Origin: Dehalococcoidia bacterium
GTDB lineage: Bacteria > Chloroflexota > Dehalococcoidia > Lucifugimonadales > UBA3495
DNA: 64,000 nucleotides
Direction of reading: 5' to 3'
Assembly: GCA_965249145.1 (NCBI GenBank)
Contig: OZ252223.1
Location: forward strand, 2,207,223 to 2,271,222
Position 1 is the first letter of the stretch; the number at the start of each line of letters is the position of its first letter. Position numbers and translations under genes: made by a program. This document shows, in pieces, positions 43,763-53,821 of this stretch. The notes under the pieces are model-generated. The model had not been told where the DNA came from and searched no databases. It was given only the letters and a program-made list of their open reading frames with translations.

Positions 43763-44365
43763 CTAAATTGACTCGCCCAGCCAGAGGCCCAAACCTACAA
43801 TGAAGTCGTCCCGCACCTGACTTTGGGTCCCGCAGAATTCCTCGATTACTTGATCTTTGAACTGTTGGGGGTCCTGACCGGCGGGTACTTCCAGTGTTTC
43901 CACCGGGTCGCAGGCGATGGTCATGTCCGTTCCGGGCACGAACTTGTAGTTCACTGGCAGGCCGAAGGGCTCGGCGCTACTGGGCCAAGTGGCGTCGACC
44001 AGCGTCCATCCTTGCTCCATCTCGACCCGGATGTAGGTGTGGACGTCGGGTACCGGATTGACGGCCACCAACCGCCGAAGCTTGTCCGGCAAGTGTCCGG
44101 TATTCTCCGGGGTGAAGCGGTGGGGGCACATGAAGATTCGGGTCTCAAACCCGAATTCGCGAAATATGTCCGATAAGAGGTAGTGCTTCCCAGAGCAGGT
44201 GCCCTGCCATTCCTCTACGATGGCCTCCGGCTTCCGGGAGCTGGCCCGCCGGTAGGGCATGTCCCGGACCAAGGCGAAAGAGCGCTCTGGAGTTAGCGGC
44301 TCGTCCTCCGCGAGCAACCCTCGTTTGCGGCTCTCTTGCTCCAGTAATGAAAGTAGAGTGGCCAT
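43763..44365 (-). CDS. Transglutaminase-like (Cys-His-Asp) hypothetical protein
   Basis: GTCSGKH, DVHTY, VDATW spacing typical of the transglutaminase-like fold. Confidence 0.7.
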   Translation of the reverse strand: MATLLSLLEQESRKRGLLAEDEPLTPERSFALVRDMPYRRASSRKPEAIVEEWQGTCSGKHYLLSDIFREFGFETRIFMCPHRFTPENTGHLPDKLRRLVAVNPVPDVHTYIRVEMEQGWTLVDATWPSSAEPFGLPVNYKFVPGTDMTIACDPVETLEVPAGQDPQQFKDQVIEEFCGTQSQVRDDFIVGLGLWLGESI

Positions 44366-44377
44366 AGTTGTAGAGGG

Positions 44378-44971
44378 CTATGCCGCCGCGAAGGCTAGAC
44401 CCAGACTGCCCTTGATTTCGTCCACCCGTCGCTGGAATTCGGCATCGTCCAACACCGGCTCCAAGATTCCCAGCGGCACCGTGCTCAGGATGTCGACCCA
44501 AGAGGTGCAACCGGAATACTCCGGGAGCCAGGGCACGGTTACAGGGTGCTCCAGCCTGTAGGTGCGTAGGAGGAGAATCGACAGCGGAAGCATCGGCTTC
44601 CACCGGAGGCGAGACTGAGAGTATTCGGTGGTCCAGATATGGTGGGGTTGTAGGTCGTCGACCTTATCTTGGTCCGAGATTTCCAGGACCTCTTCGGCGT
44701 GGGCGAAGTGAGAGAAGGTGATTGTGTTGGCGCTCCGCGGTTGGGCCAGCAGTTCTTCCAGCGCTGGTTGGTGGGCCGGTTGCAGCAGGTCCCGGCGCTG
44801 GTGCTCGTAGGTGGGATAGAGCAAAAACTCCCGGTGAATCACCCGGAAGTCCTTGCTGTCCTCGTGAATGCCGCCCTTGCGCAGCAACAACACTTGTTCG
44901 CCGCGGGCTAGGGCCCGGCAGGTTATGGCCCACTCTTTGAGCGCCATCTGGCAGGTCGCGGGAGCGCTCAT
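44378..44971 (-). CDS. DUF1802 family protein
   Basis: ALKEWA, LLLRKGGIHE, FLLYPTYEHQ, YSGCTSWV; SD GGAGG before ATG 44971. Confidence 0.88.
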   Translation of the reverse strand: MSAPATCQMALKEWAITCRALARGEQVLLLRKGGIHEDSKDFRVIHREFLLYPTYEHQRRDLLQPAHQPALEELLAQPRSANTITFSHFAHAEEVLEISDQDKVDDLQPHHIWTTEYSQSRLRWKPMLPLSILLLRTYRLEHPVTVPWLPEYSGCTSWVDILSTVPLGILEPVLDDAEFQRRVDEIKGSLGLAFAAA

Positions 44972-45028
44972 TGCTTCACTCCTCCGAGCGTGGTCCCTTG
45001 GGGGCAGGTTATGTGATGTTATCACAAG

Positions 45029-45508
45029 TTACTTGTTGCGGTTGCAGAACTCCCCGTAGTCGGGCACGTCCTCGCCCAGCACGTAGAGCCAGTAGTAGGT
45101 CCCGGTGTCGCCCATGAATTTGAACTGCTTGCGGACGTCTTTTAACACAGCGTAGAAGTCGCCGTGGGAGCGCAGGTAATTCTGGAGGCCGCCGAACTCG
45201 TCGTCCAATTCGATCAGCCTCCGGGCGTTGTGCACCGTGGCGGCAACCTTGCGGCGGTTGCGGACGATGGCCGGGTCGGCAGCGAGAGCGGCGATCTCGG
45301 GCTCGCCCATCGTCGCCACGGCCTCGACTTCGAAGTCTTGGAAACCTGTCCGGAAACCGGGCCACTTGTTCTTGATCACCCTCCAGGAGAGCCCACTTTG
45401 AAATACGGCCTTGGTCATCACTTCCAAGTAGTCGTTCAGGCTTTGGGGGACAATCTGCTCCGGTGCTTCATGTTCGGGCGGGTGCTCGTGGGCGTGTTGG
45501 ACCGTCAT
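45029..45508 (-). CDS. DNA-3-methyladenine glycosylase I family protein (short form)
   Basis: VFQSGLSW, IVRNRRKVAATVHNA, FKFMG. Confidence 0.85.
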   Translation of the reverse strand: MTVQHAHEHPPEHEAPEQIVPQSLNDYLEVMTKAVFQSGLSWRVIKNKWPGFRTGFQDFEVEAVATMGEPEIAALAADPAIVRNRRKVAATVHNARRLIELDDEFGGLQNYLRSHGDFYAVLKDVRKQFKFMGDTGTYYWLYVLGEDVPDYGEFCNRNK

Positions 45509-46296
45509 ATCAGCGCTGTCCCCCGGTTTAGCATGCGCCTCAGGTTGGCGGTGGTGACGGCGGAGACCTCTTCCATAGATATGCCCTTGACTTCGGCCAA
45601 GCACTGGGCGACCTCGGCCACGTGACGGGGCTCGGTCCAGTTGGAGCGGTACTTCTTGAAAGGCTGGGGAAAGGCGTCAGTCTCCAGAACGATGTTCTCT
45701 AGGGGAATGGTACGGGCTGCTTCCTGGACCTCGGGCAGACGGGTCAGGGGCCGGGCCAGCGAGATATAGAAGCCGCAGTCGATGGCCTCGAGGGCGGTGG
45801 CCTCGTCGGCTTGGAAGTAGTGCATCGCACCGCCGACCTCCCCGGCCTGCTCCTCGCGTAGCACTTGGAATACGGCGGAATGGGCCTCACGGGAGTGGAA
45901 TATAACCGGCATCTTGAGGCCCTTGGCTAAGCGGATGTGCTGGCGGAAGACTTGGTCTTGCACCTGGTGGTCGGGTGATTCCGGCAGGTAGTCGAGCCCC
46001 ACCTCGCTGATGCAGACTACCTTGGGTGACGATTTGGCCAGCGACTCCAACTCCTGGTAGACTGCGTCGGTGACCGCGTCGTAAGCCTGGCAAGGGTGGA
46101 TGCCCACTCCGGCGTAGAGCGAGTCGTGCAGTGCCGTGAGCTCGATGCATTGCCGGGTGGACTCCAGGGTGGTGCCGGCCAGTATCACGAACGAGACGCC
46201 AACCTCACAGGCCCGGTCCAATATTTGCGGAAGTTCGGCGTGGTCGTATTGGTCCAAGTGGGTATGGCAGTCGCCGAAGAGAAGGTCGTTGGGCAT
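45505..46296 (-). CDS. tatD: TatD-family hydrolase/DNase
   Basis: DCHTHL, GIHP, SEVGLDY, FHSREA, LETDA. Confidence 0.9.
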   Translation of the reverse strand: MPNDLLFGDCHTHLDQYDHAELPQILDRACEVGVSFVILAGTTLESTRQCIELTALHDSLYAGVGIHPCQAYDAVTDAVYQELESLAKSSPKVVCISEVGLDYLPESPDHQVQDQVFRQHIRLAKGLKMPVIFHSREAHSAVFQVLREEQAGEVGGAMHYFQADEATALEAIDCGFYISLARPLTRLPEVQEAARTIPLENIVLETDAFPQPFKKYRSNWTEPRHVAEVAQCLAEVKGISMEEVSAVTTANLRRMLNRGTALI

Positions 46297-46480
46297 GGGC
46301 AGCCTCGCACGGGAGTTTCTCGGATTATATCGGATATGAGTGCCCAGCGGCCCCTGAGCGCTCCAACTAGGCTTCCGATGCCCAACTCGTTGCCCGGCCG
46401 CGGCCCAGGCCCCTACGCTAACCTGAGGGCCAGATTCATTCCGACGCCACTGGGCTATCTCCCCGCAAGCGATGGCCCAA

Positions 46481-47005
46481 CTATACGAACCAGCCCATCC
46501 CTTTGTAATAGCCGCGGAGGTATGCGATCTGCCCGCCGTGAACGCAATTGTCGAATACCAAAGTGCCCAAGAATGAGCCGATAGAATCCGGGGGTCTGGG
46601 TGGGATTTCAAGCTGGCGTTCGAAACCAGGCGCTGACAACGACCCGAGATATTCCCTGGCCGCGGTTTTCACGTCGTCGTAGTAACCCACGAGCGAGTCC
46701 TTGGGCGGGAGTTTCCAGTCCGTTACCTGTTCCTTGGTCCAACCCTGACCCGTCTCATTGAGGTCGTCGCCCAAGCCGAACTTTTCATACCAGCCGTTTT
46801 TGATCCACAACTGGGGGGCGTCTTGACACCACGTGTGGACAAAGCGGTCAACGACCCGGGTCATATGCCAAAGAAGCCACCCCATGGAGTTTGAGTCTTC
46901 GTTGGGTTGGGCGCCCATCATCGCGTCGTCCACATCCTCAAGAGCCCTGTCCACCATGCCCCAATTCCGCTCGAGGGCGGTCAAGCCGGTCTCTGTAGCT
47001 GACAT
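46481..47005 (-). CDS. DinB family protein
   Basis: NSMGWLLWHMTR ... HGGQIAYLRG. Confidence 0.85.
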   Translation of the reverse strand: MSATETGLTALERNWGMVDRALEDVDDAMMGAQPNEDSNSMGWLLWHMTRVVDRFVHTWCQDAPQLWIKNGWYEKFGLGDDLNETGQGWTKEQVTDWKLPPKDSLVGYYDDVKTAAREYLGSLSAPGFERQLEIPPRPPDSIGSFLGTLVFDNCVHGGQIAYLRGYYKGMGWFV

Positions 47006-47177
47006 TTATTCGACTCCCATTGCAGATGTCGCAGGGGACTAATCTACAGCTGGCGAACGCGGATGTCCAACGAAGACAAGCTTCCCGGTACCAACCGAAA
47101 GGAACAGTTATACTGTCACGGCAAATTCGATTGACCGGGCCTGTGCCGAGTTGGCGGACTGAAAGAGGAGAACACCG

Positions 47178-48311
47178 ATGCATTGTGGAGTGATGGTCAC
47201 TGGTTACAACCAAGGTGACTGGGGCCGTCTGATGGAGGGAGACTATGACCGCCCTCCGGCGATACCGGACGCCAAGAATATGGATGACACCCTCTATATG
47301 GGGGAATTGGTCGAGCCGTTGGGTTTCGATTCGATCTGGGCCACTGAACACTATGGTTCCGCCTACTCGATGCAGCCGAACCCATTGCAATATCTAGCCT
47401 ACTGGGCGGGCCGCACCAGTCGAGTCGATGTGGGTACTGCGGTCATCGTGGCGCCGTGGTGGAATCCGGTGCGGCTGGCTTCTGAGATCTCCATGCTCGA
47501 CATCTTGCTGAAAGGCAGGCGCCTTCATCTGGGAATCGGCCGTGGTATCGCGCCGCACGAATATGCTTCCCTCGGCTATCCGATCGAACAATCGCACAAG
47601 TATTTTTACGATGTGATCAACGCCATCAGGGCCGCTGACGGCGCGGAGCGCTTCGAGTTCCAAGGCGACGTCTACGATATCCCGCCGACCACTATTCGGC
47701 CTCAAGCCCGCCACAAAGGCGAACTTACCAAGAACATCAAGGTGGCGTTCACCACAGAGGCGTCAGCAAGAATGGCGGCCGAGAATGGTCTCGGGCAGAT
47801 GTTCGTGGCCGGCGACGATGTCGACGAGATGACCGCGAAGGTGCGAAGGTTCAACAAGATTCGGAACGAACTTGGCCTTCCGCCCGACCAGCCCACCACT
47901 CTGTTGTGGATGTACTGCGCGGAGACCGTGGAGGAAGCCGAAGAGGGGTGGGTCTACTTCCACAACCAACTCACCGCAGCCCAGCACCACTACTTCGAAT
48001 GGAATAATCCAGGCTATGAAGGCATACATGGCTACGAGGAATACCTCCTCCGCCAGAATGCCGATGTTGGCACCGCGGACGCCAGCTTTGCTGCTCGCCG
48101 CGCCACCCAGCCCATTGGTACGCCCGACGAGATTATCGAGAAGATCAGGGCGCTGCAAGAGACCATCAGCCTGGAAAAGCTGGTGATCCACCAGTTTTAC
48201 GGCGGTATGCCCAGGGATAGGGCCGAAAATAGCCTCCGACTCTTCGCCGAGAAAGTCCTTCCTGAAGTGCAGGCGATGCCCACGCCGATCAATCCTAGGT
48301 CCTTGGGGTAA
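47178..48311 (+). CDS. LLM class flavin-dependent oxidoreductase
   Basis: GFDSIWATEH, NPVRLASEISMLD, GIGRG, IGTPDE, FAEKVLP; SD GAGGAG. Confidence 0.92.
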   Translation: MHCGVMVTGYNQGDWGRLMEGDYDRPPAIPDAKNMDDTLYMGELVEPLGFDSIWATEHYGSAYSMQPNPLQYLAYWAGRTSRVDVGTAVIVAPWWNPVRLASEISMLDILLKGRRLHLGIGRGIAPHEYASLGYPIEQSHKYFYDVINAIRAADGAERFEFQGDVYDIPPTTIRPQARHKGELTKNIKVAFTTEASARMAAENGLGQMFVAGDDVDEMTAKVRRFNKIRNELGLPPDQPTTLLWMYCAETVEEAEEGWVYFHNQLTAAQHHYFEWNNPGYEGIHGYEEYLLRQNADVGTADASFAARRATQPIGTPDEIIEKIRALQETISLEKLVIHQFYGGMPRDRAENSLRLFAEKVLPEVQAMPTPINPRSLG

Positions 48312-48472
48312 CCCGCCTGTCCAATGGGAATTTGAGGTTTGGATTTGGGCTGCGGCCGAAACGACGTAGTACGGGAAGGTCGGGGCCCGGGACGCCTACC
48401 GGATTCTCGGATGTTGAAATGCGGTAGCAATAAGGATGGGAGCGCGGGGCCAAAATATGAGTCTTTCCGCGT

Positions 48473-48527
48473 TTGACACCCCGCCCTGGGGGGTGTAGAT
48501 TAATTGTTGACCACTTCGGTCGACAAT
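48473..48527 (+). promoter_or_regulatory. suf promoter with IscR/Rrf2-type operator
   Basis: TTGACA-17-TAGATT followed by the 25-bp dyad ATTGTTGACC-ACTTC-GGTCGACAAT (48503-48527). Confidence 0.7.
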
Positions 48528-48571
48528 GTTAACTTATTGGCCGGTCTTCCCTATCGAGCTAGGAGTAGCCA

Positions 48572-50035
48572 ATGACCACGCCCAGGGTCATCTCTCGTGA
48601 TACCTCGTCCGACGAACTGGACACCGACTACAAGTGGGGATTCACCATCGACATCGACTCCGATCTGGCCCCCAAGGGCTTGAATGAGGATGTCGTTCGC
48701 CTAATCTCCGCCAAGAAGGAAGAACCCGAATGGCTGCTGGAATGGCGGCTCAAGGCCTTCCGGCATTGGGAGCGTCTGCAGTACCGGGAGCCAGCTTGGG
48801 CCAACGTCCATCACGAACCCATCGACTACCAGGACATCTACTACTACGCCGCGCCCGGCAATAAGGACGCCCCCAAGAGCCTCGACGAGGTGGACCCGGA
48901 GGTACTCGAAGCCTTCGAGAAGCTGGGTATTCCCCTACAGGAACGGGAACGCTTGGCCGGGGTTGCCGTGGACGCCGTGCTGGACAGCGTGTCGGTGGCC
49001 ACCACCTACCAGGATACGCTGGAAAAGGCGGGCATCATCTTTTGCTCGATGAGCGAGGCGGTGAAGAAGCACCCCGAGCTGGTGCAGAAATACCTTGGCT
49101 CGGTGGTGCCCTATGCCGACAACTTCTTTGCCACCCTCAACTCGGCGGTATTTAGCGACGGCTCGTTCGCTTACATCCCCAAGGGGGTGCGCTGCCCCAT
49201 CGAGCTGATGACCTACTTCCGCATCAACCAGGCCGATTCCGGCCAGTTCGAGCGGACTCTCATCGTGGCCGAGGAAGGCGCCTACGTTAGCTACCTGGAG
49301 GGATGCACCGCTCCGGCGCGGAAGTCCCATCAGTTGCACGCCGCCGTGGTGGAACTGGTGGCGCTGGACGACGCCGAGATCAAGTATTCCACGCTGCAAA
49401 ACTGGTTCCCCGGCGACAAGGAAGGCAAGGGCGGGGTCTACAACTTCGTCACCAAGCGGGGCAAGTGCGCTGGCCGCAACTCCAAGATCTCTTGGACCCA
49501 GGTGGAGACCGGCTCGGCCATCACTTGGAAGTACCCCAGCGTCATCCTGCAGGGCGACAACTCGGTCGGAGAGTTCTACTCGGTGGCGCTGGTCAACAAC
49601 TACCAGCAGGCCGACACCGGAACCAAGATGATCCACATCGGCAAGGACACCAAGAGCACGATCGTTGCCAAGGGCATCTCGGCCGGTAAGGGCAACGCCA
49701 CCTACCGCGGCTTGGTCAAGATGAACGCCTCGGCCGACCGCGCCAAGAACTTCACCCAGTGCGATTCGCTGCTGATCGGCGACCAGTGCGGCGCGCATAC
49801 GGTGCCCTACATCGAGGTGAAGAACCCCACGGCCCAACTGGAGCATGAGGCGTCGACCTCCAAGGTCAGCGACGACCAGCTCTTCTACTGCCTCCAACGG
49901 GGCATGTCGGTGGAAGACGCCCACTTCATGATCGTCAACGGCTTCTGCCGCGGCATATTCCAAGAGCTGCCCTTCGAGTTCGCGATGGAGGCTTCCCAGT
50001 TGCTGAAGGTGAGCCTCGAAGGGGCGGTGGGCTAA
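48572..50035 (+). CDS. sufB: Fe-S cluster assembly protein SufB
   Basis: [47 protein letters not shown]. Confidence 0.98.
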   Translation: MTTPRVISRDTSSDELDTDYKWGFTIDIDSDLAPKGLNEDVVRLISAKKEEPEWLLEWRLKAFRHWERLQYREPAWANVHHEPIDYQDIYYYAAPGNKDAPKSLDEVDPEVLEAFEKLGIPLQERERLAGVAVDAVLDSVSVATTYQDTLEKAGIIFCSMSEAVKKHPELVQKYLGSVVPYADNFFATLNSAVFSDGSFAYIPKGVRCPIELMTYFRINQADSGQFERTLIVAEEGAYVSYLEGCTAPARKSHQLHAAVVELVALDDAEIKYSTLQNWFPGDKEGKGGVYNFVTKRGKCAGRNSKISWTQVETGSAITWKYPSVILQGDNSVGEFYSVALVNNYQQADTGTKMIHIGKDTKSTIVAKGISAGKGNATYRGLVKMNASADRAKNFTQCDSLLIGDQCGAHTVPYIEVKNPTAQLEHEASTSKVSDDQLFYCLQRGMSVEDAHFMIVNGFCRGIFQELPFEFAMEASQLLKVSLEGAVG

Positions 50036-50808
50036 TGGGGAAACAGCCCCTGCTGTCGGTACGTGGCCTGCAGGCATCCGCCGGAGACCTTGCAATCCTG
50101 AACGGCGTGGACCTGGAGGTCTACGCCGGCGAAGTCCACGCAATTATGGGGCCCAACGGCTCCGGTAAGAGCACGCTCGCCAACGTTCTAGCGGGGCGAC
50201 CCGACTATACCGTCACCGCCGGAGAGGTGCAGTACGACGGTGAGGACCTGCTGAGCCTCGAGCCGGAAATCCGGGCCCGCAAGGGCATCTTCATGGCATT
50301 CCAATACCCGGTGGAGCTGCCCGGCGTTCGGGCTTGGCAGTTCTTGAAGGCCGGGGTCGACGCTCGGCGCGAGCACAACGGCGAAGAGGAACTCAGCGCC
50401 CGCGATTTCGACCGCATGTTGCGGGAGAAAGTCGCAATGGTGGAGATCGACCCTGAGCTGGTGCGGCGGGCGGTCAACGAAGGGTTCTCAGGCGGCGAGA
50501 AGAAGCGCAACGAGATTTTGCAGATGGCGGTCTTGGAACCCAAGCTGGCCCTGCTGGACGAGACCGACTCCGGCTTGGACATCGATGCCCTGCGCATCGT
50601 CGCCGAGGGCGTGAACAAGCTGCGCTCCCAGGACAACGCGATGGTCCTGGTGACCCATTACCAGCGGCTCTTGAACTACATCGAACCGGACCACGTTCAC
50701 GTCTTGTTCGGCGGACGCATCGTCCGCTCCGGCGGCCCCGAGTTGGCCTTGGAGCTGGAAGAGAAGGGCTACGACTGGATCAGAGACTCCGTCGATGCCC
50801 GCGTCTAA
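50035..50808 (+). CDS. sufC: Fe-S assembly ATPase SufC
   Basis: GPNGSGKST, FSGGEKKRNE, LDETDSGLDID. Confidence 0.98.
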   Translation: MGKQPLLSVRGLQASAGDLAILNGVDLEVYAGEVHAIMGPNGSGKSTLANVLAGRPDYTVTAGEVQYDGEDLLSLEPEIRARKGIFMAFQYPVELPGVRAWQFLKAGVDARREHNGEEELSARDFDRMLREKVAMVEIDPELVRRAVNEGFSGGEKKRNEILQMAVLEPKLALLDETDSGLDIDALRIVAEGVNKLRSQDNAMVLVTHYQRLLNYIEPDHVHVLFGGRIVRSGGPELALELEEKGYDWIRDSVDARV

Positions 50809-52129
50809 GTTCCCCGGCTACCACTCCGACTACCAGGCGTTGCGCGATGGCCCGGCTTCGGACAGCCCTGCCTGGCTGAACGAATTGCGGGAACACGCTT
50901 GGGCGCGCTTCGACGAGCTCGGCTTCCCCACCGCCCGTCGCGGCAACGAACGCTGGAAATACACCAACGTCGCCCCCATTGCCCGGGTCAACTTCGCCTT
51001 TCCGGTGGAGCCAGGTCAGGGCGGTGCCGCGCTGGCGCCTCTGGGAGACGCCTGGGACGGCGGTTGGCTGGACTTGATGTTCGTCGACGGGCACTTGAGC
51101 TTCGGAACGTCCACGACCGCCACCAACGGGGTTATCGCCTGCGGTCTGACCCAGGCCGTGGCAGAGGCTGGAGAGGACGTTCGGGCCCATTTGGCCCAGC
51201 AGGCCAGCTTTGACGACGATGGGTTCGCCGCGCTCAACACCGCGTTCTTGCACGACGGAGCGTACCTACATGCTCCCGACCGCTGCCGTGAGCGGCTCAA
51301 CGTTCGGATCACCTACGTCAACTCCGGAGCGGAGACGCCGGCCGTCACTCATCCCCGTTCGTTGATCGTGGCTGGGGAAGAGACCAATATGACGGTGGTC
51401 GAGTGTTTCGCGGGCCCACCGGAATCTCAGTATTTCACCAATGCCGTCACCGAAATCGTTGTTGGGGAAGGGGCGCGCGTGGACCACTATCGGTTGCTGC
51501 TGGACGGCCCCGAAGCCTACCATGTCGGCACCACCAGGGTCAGCCAAGCCAAGGACAGCACATTCGAGTCGGCGGCCTTTTCCGTGGGTACGTCTCTCGG
51601 CCGCAACGACTTCTCGGTGACGCTGGGCGCACCGGGGGCCTATTGCTCCCTAAACGGTCTCTACTACACCACCGGCCAGCAACACATGGACAACCTGATC
51701 AACATCGACCACGCCATGCCCAACTGCACCAGCCGCCTCGCCTACAAGGGGATCCTGGACGGAAAGTCCCGGGCGGTGTTCGGCGGCACGGTGCTCGTTA
51801 GGGAAAACGCCCAGAAGAGCGACGCCCAACAGAGCGACAAGAACCTGCTGCTATCGGCCGAGGCCGAGGTGGACAGCAAACCGAGCCTGCTGATCTACGC
51901 CGACGACGTAAAGTGCAGCCACGGGGCGACCGCCGGGCACATCGACGCCGACACCATTTTCTACCTGCGGAGCCGCGGGCTGGACTTGGAACAAGCCAGC
52001 CGGATGCTGGTGCAAGCCTTCGCCCGCGAGATTATCGACTCGGTTAAACCCAAGCCGCTACAGGGATTCTTGGACACCTTATTCGACCGGTCCATCGCCG
52101 CCAAGAGCCTTCCGGTCGGGAGTGCATAA
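50795..52129 (+). CDS. sufD: Fe-S cluster assembly protein SufD
   Basis: ERWKYT, KPSLLIYADDVKCSHGAT, FYLRSRG. Confidence 0.96.
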   Translation: MPASKFPGYHSDYQALRDGPASDSPAWLNELREHAWARFDELGFPTARRGNERWKYTNVAPIARVNFAFPVEPGQGGAALAPLGDAWDGGWLDLMFVDGHLSFGTSTTATNGVIACGLTQAVAEAGEDVRAHLAQQASFDDDGFAALNTAFLHDGAYLHAPDRCRERLNVRITYVNSGAETPAVTHPRSLIVAGEETNMTVVECFAGPPESQYFTNAVTEIVVGEGARVDHYRLLLDGPEAYHVGTTRVSQAKDSTFESAAFSVGTSLGRNDFSVTLGAPGAYCSLNGLYYTTGQQHMDNLINIDHAMPNCTSRLAYKGILDGKSRAVFGGTVLVRENAQKSDAQQSDKNLLLSAEAEVDSKPSLLIYADDVKCSHGATAGHIDADTIFYLRSRGLDLEQASRMLVQAFAREIIDSVKPKPLQGFLDTLFDRSIAAKSLPVGSA

Positions 52130-53356
52130 ATGACCGCAACCTTCGACGTTAACAAGGTGCGGGCCGACTTCCCCTTGTTGCAACAACAGGTCAACGGCAA
52201 GCCGCTGGTCTATTTGGACAACGGCGCTACCTCGCAGAAACCCCAAGCCGTCATTGATGAACTCGTCCGCTACTACACCACCGAAAACGCCAACGTCCAC
52301 CGGGGCGTGCATACGCTGAGCCAGGTCGCCACCGAGGACTACGAAGGGGCCCGCGCCAAGCTGCGGCAGTTCCTGAATGCCAAGGACGACCACGAGATCA
52401 TCTACACCCGGGGCACCACCGAAGGCATCAACCTGGTAGCCCACTCCTACGGCCGGCACAACATCGGCCCCGGCGACGAGATAATCGTCTCCAACATGGA
52501 ACATCACTCCAACATCGTGCCTTGGCAGATCCTGTGCGAGGAAAAGGGCTCGGTGCTGCGGGTCGTACCCATCGACGATTCCGGCGAGCTGTTGCTGGAC
52601 GAGTACGAGAAGATGCTCTCGCCCCGGACCAAGCTGGTGTCGATCACCCACGTCTCCAACGCTCTTGGCACCATCGTGCCGGTGCAGCAGATCATCGCCT
52701 TAGCCCACGCCCAAAGCATTCCGGTCATGCTGGACGGCGCGCAGGCGGTGCCCCACATGCCGGTGGACGTGCGGGCGTTGGACTGCGACTTCTACGTTTT
52801 CTCCGGCCACAAGCTGTTCGGGCCTACTGGCATCGGAGTTCTTTACGGCAAGGCTGAGATGCTCGATGCCATGCCTCCCTTCCACGGTGGCGGGGAGATG
52901 ATCAAGTCGGTGACCTTCGAGAAGACCATCTACAACGACCTGCCCTACAAATTCGAGGCGGGTACGCCGAACATCGCTGGCGCCATCGGACTCGGCGCCG
53001 CGGTCGACTACGTACAGTCCATCGGGTTCGACAACTTCGGGGCCCACGAGCACGAGCTGTTGGAGTACGGCACCAAGGCGCTGGAATCCATTGGGGGCGT
53101 CCGCATTATCGGCACCTCTTCCAAGAAGGCGGGCATCCTGTCATTCGTGCTGGAAAACGTTCATCCCCACGATATCGGCACGATCTTGGACGCCGAAGGC
53201 ATCGCCGTGCGGACCGGGCACCATTGCGCCCAGCCAGTGATGGAGCGCTTCCAGATTCCCGCAACTGCCCGCGCATCGCTGGCGATGTACAATACAAAGG
53301 ACGATATTGACGCTCTGGTGCGCGGCATCGACCGGGTTATCGAGGTCTTCAGTTAA
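52130..53356 (+). CDS. sufS: Cysteine desulfurase SufS
   Basis: YLDNGATSQKP, EHHSN, SGHK, RTGHHCAQP. Confidence 0.97.
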   Translation: MTATFDVNKVRADFPLLQQQVNGKPLVYLDNGATSQKPQAVIDELVRYYTTENANVHRGVHTLSQVATEDYEGARAKLRQFLNAKDDHEIIYTRGTTEGINLVAHSYGRHNIGPGDEIIVSNMEHHSNIVPWQILCEEKGSVLRVVPIDDSGELLLDEYEKMLSPRTKLVSITHVSNALGTIVPVQQIIALAHAQSIPVMLDGAQAVPHMPVDVRALDCDFYVFSGHKLFGPTGIGVLYGKAEMLDAMPPFHGGGEMIKSVTFEKTIYNDLPYKFEAGTPNIAGAIGLGAAVDYVQSIGFDNFGAHEHELLEYGTKALESIGGVRIIGTSSKKAGILSFVLENVHPHDIGTILDAEGIAVRTGHHCAQPVMERFQIPATARASLAMYNTKDDIDALVRGIDRVIEVFS

Positions 53357-53799
53357 TGCTTGGCGATCTCTACCAAGAAATCCTCTTGGAGCACAACAGC
53401 AAGCCCCGAAACTTCCGCAAGGTCGAGGACCCCAGCCAGACCGCCGAGGGTTACAACCCGCTCTGCGGAGACCAGATCACCCTCTACCTGAAGGTGGTCG
53501 ATGACGTGATCGACGACGTGGGGTTCCTAGGCGTCGGCTGCGCCATCTCCCGAGCCTCGGCCTCGATGATGACCCAGAGCATCAAGGGCAAGAGCTTGGA
53601 GGAAGCCGAAGAGGTTTTCCACGCTTTCCACCACATGATCACTCACCCCGGAGCCGAGCCCGACTACGACACTCTCGGCGACCTTGAGACCCTCTCCGGC
53701 GTGAACGAGTACCCCACGCGGATCAAGTGCGCCATTCTGGCCTGGCACACCATGCGGTCGGCCCTGCAGAACGAAGTTACGACCGTCACCACCGAGTAG
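53356..53799 (+). CDS. sufU: SufU-type sulfur acceptor (copy 1)
   Basis: NPLCGD, GCAISRASAS, RIKCA. Confidence 0.95.
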   Translation: MLGDLYQEILLEHNSKPRNFRKVEDPSQTAEGYNPLCGDQITLYLKVVDDVIDDVGFLGVGCAISRASASMMTQSIKGKSLEEAEEVFHAFHHMITHPGAEPDYDTLGDLETLSGVNEYPTRIKCAILAWHTMRSALQNEVTTVTTE

Positions 53800-53821
53800 G
53801 CGGCCCCGGCCCACAAAGCAG

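Noticed and set aside
47104-47116. ACAGT-TAT-ACTGT dyad over a TATACT -10 box before the LLM gene
   Set aside because: Only 5-bp arms and no second copy or regulator nearby; too weak to call an operator.
48572-50035. Intein in SufB
   Set aside because: Normal length (487 aa) with no insertion or splice motifs.
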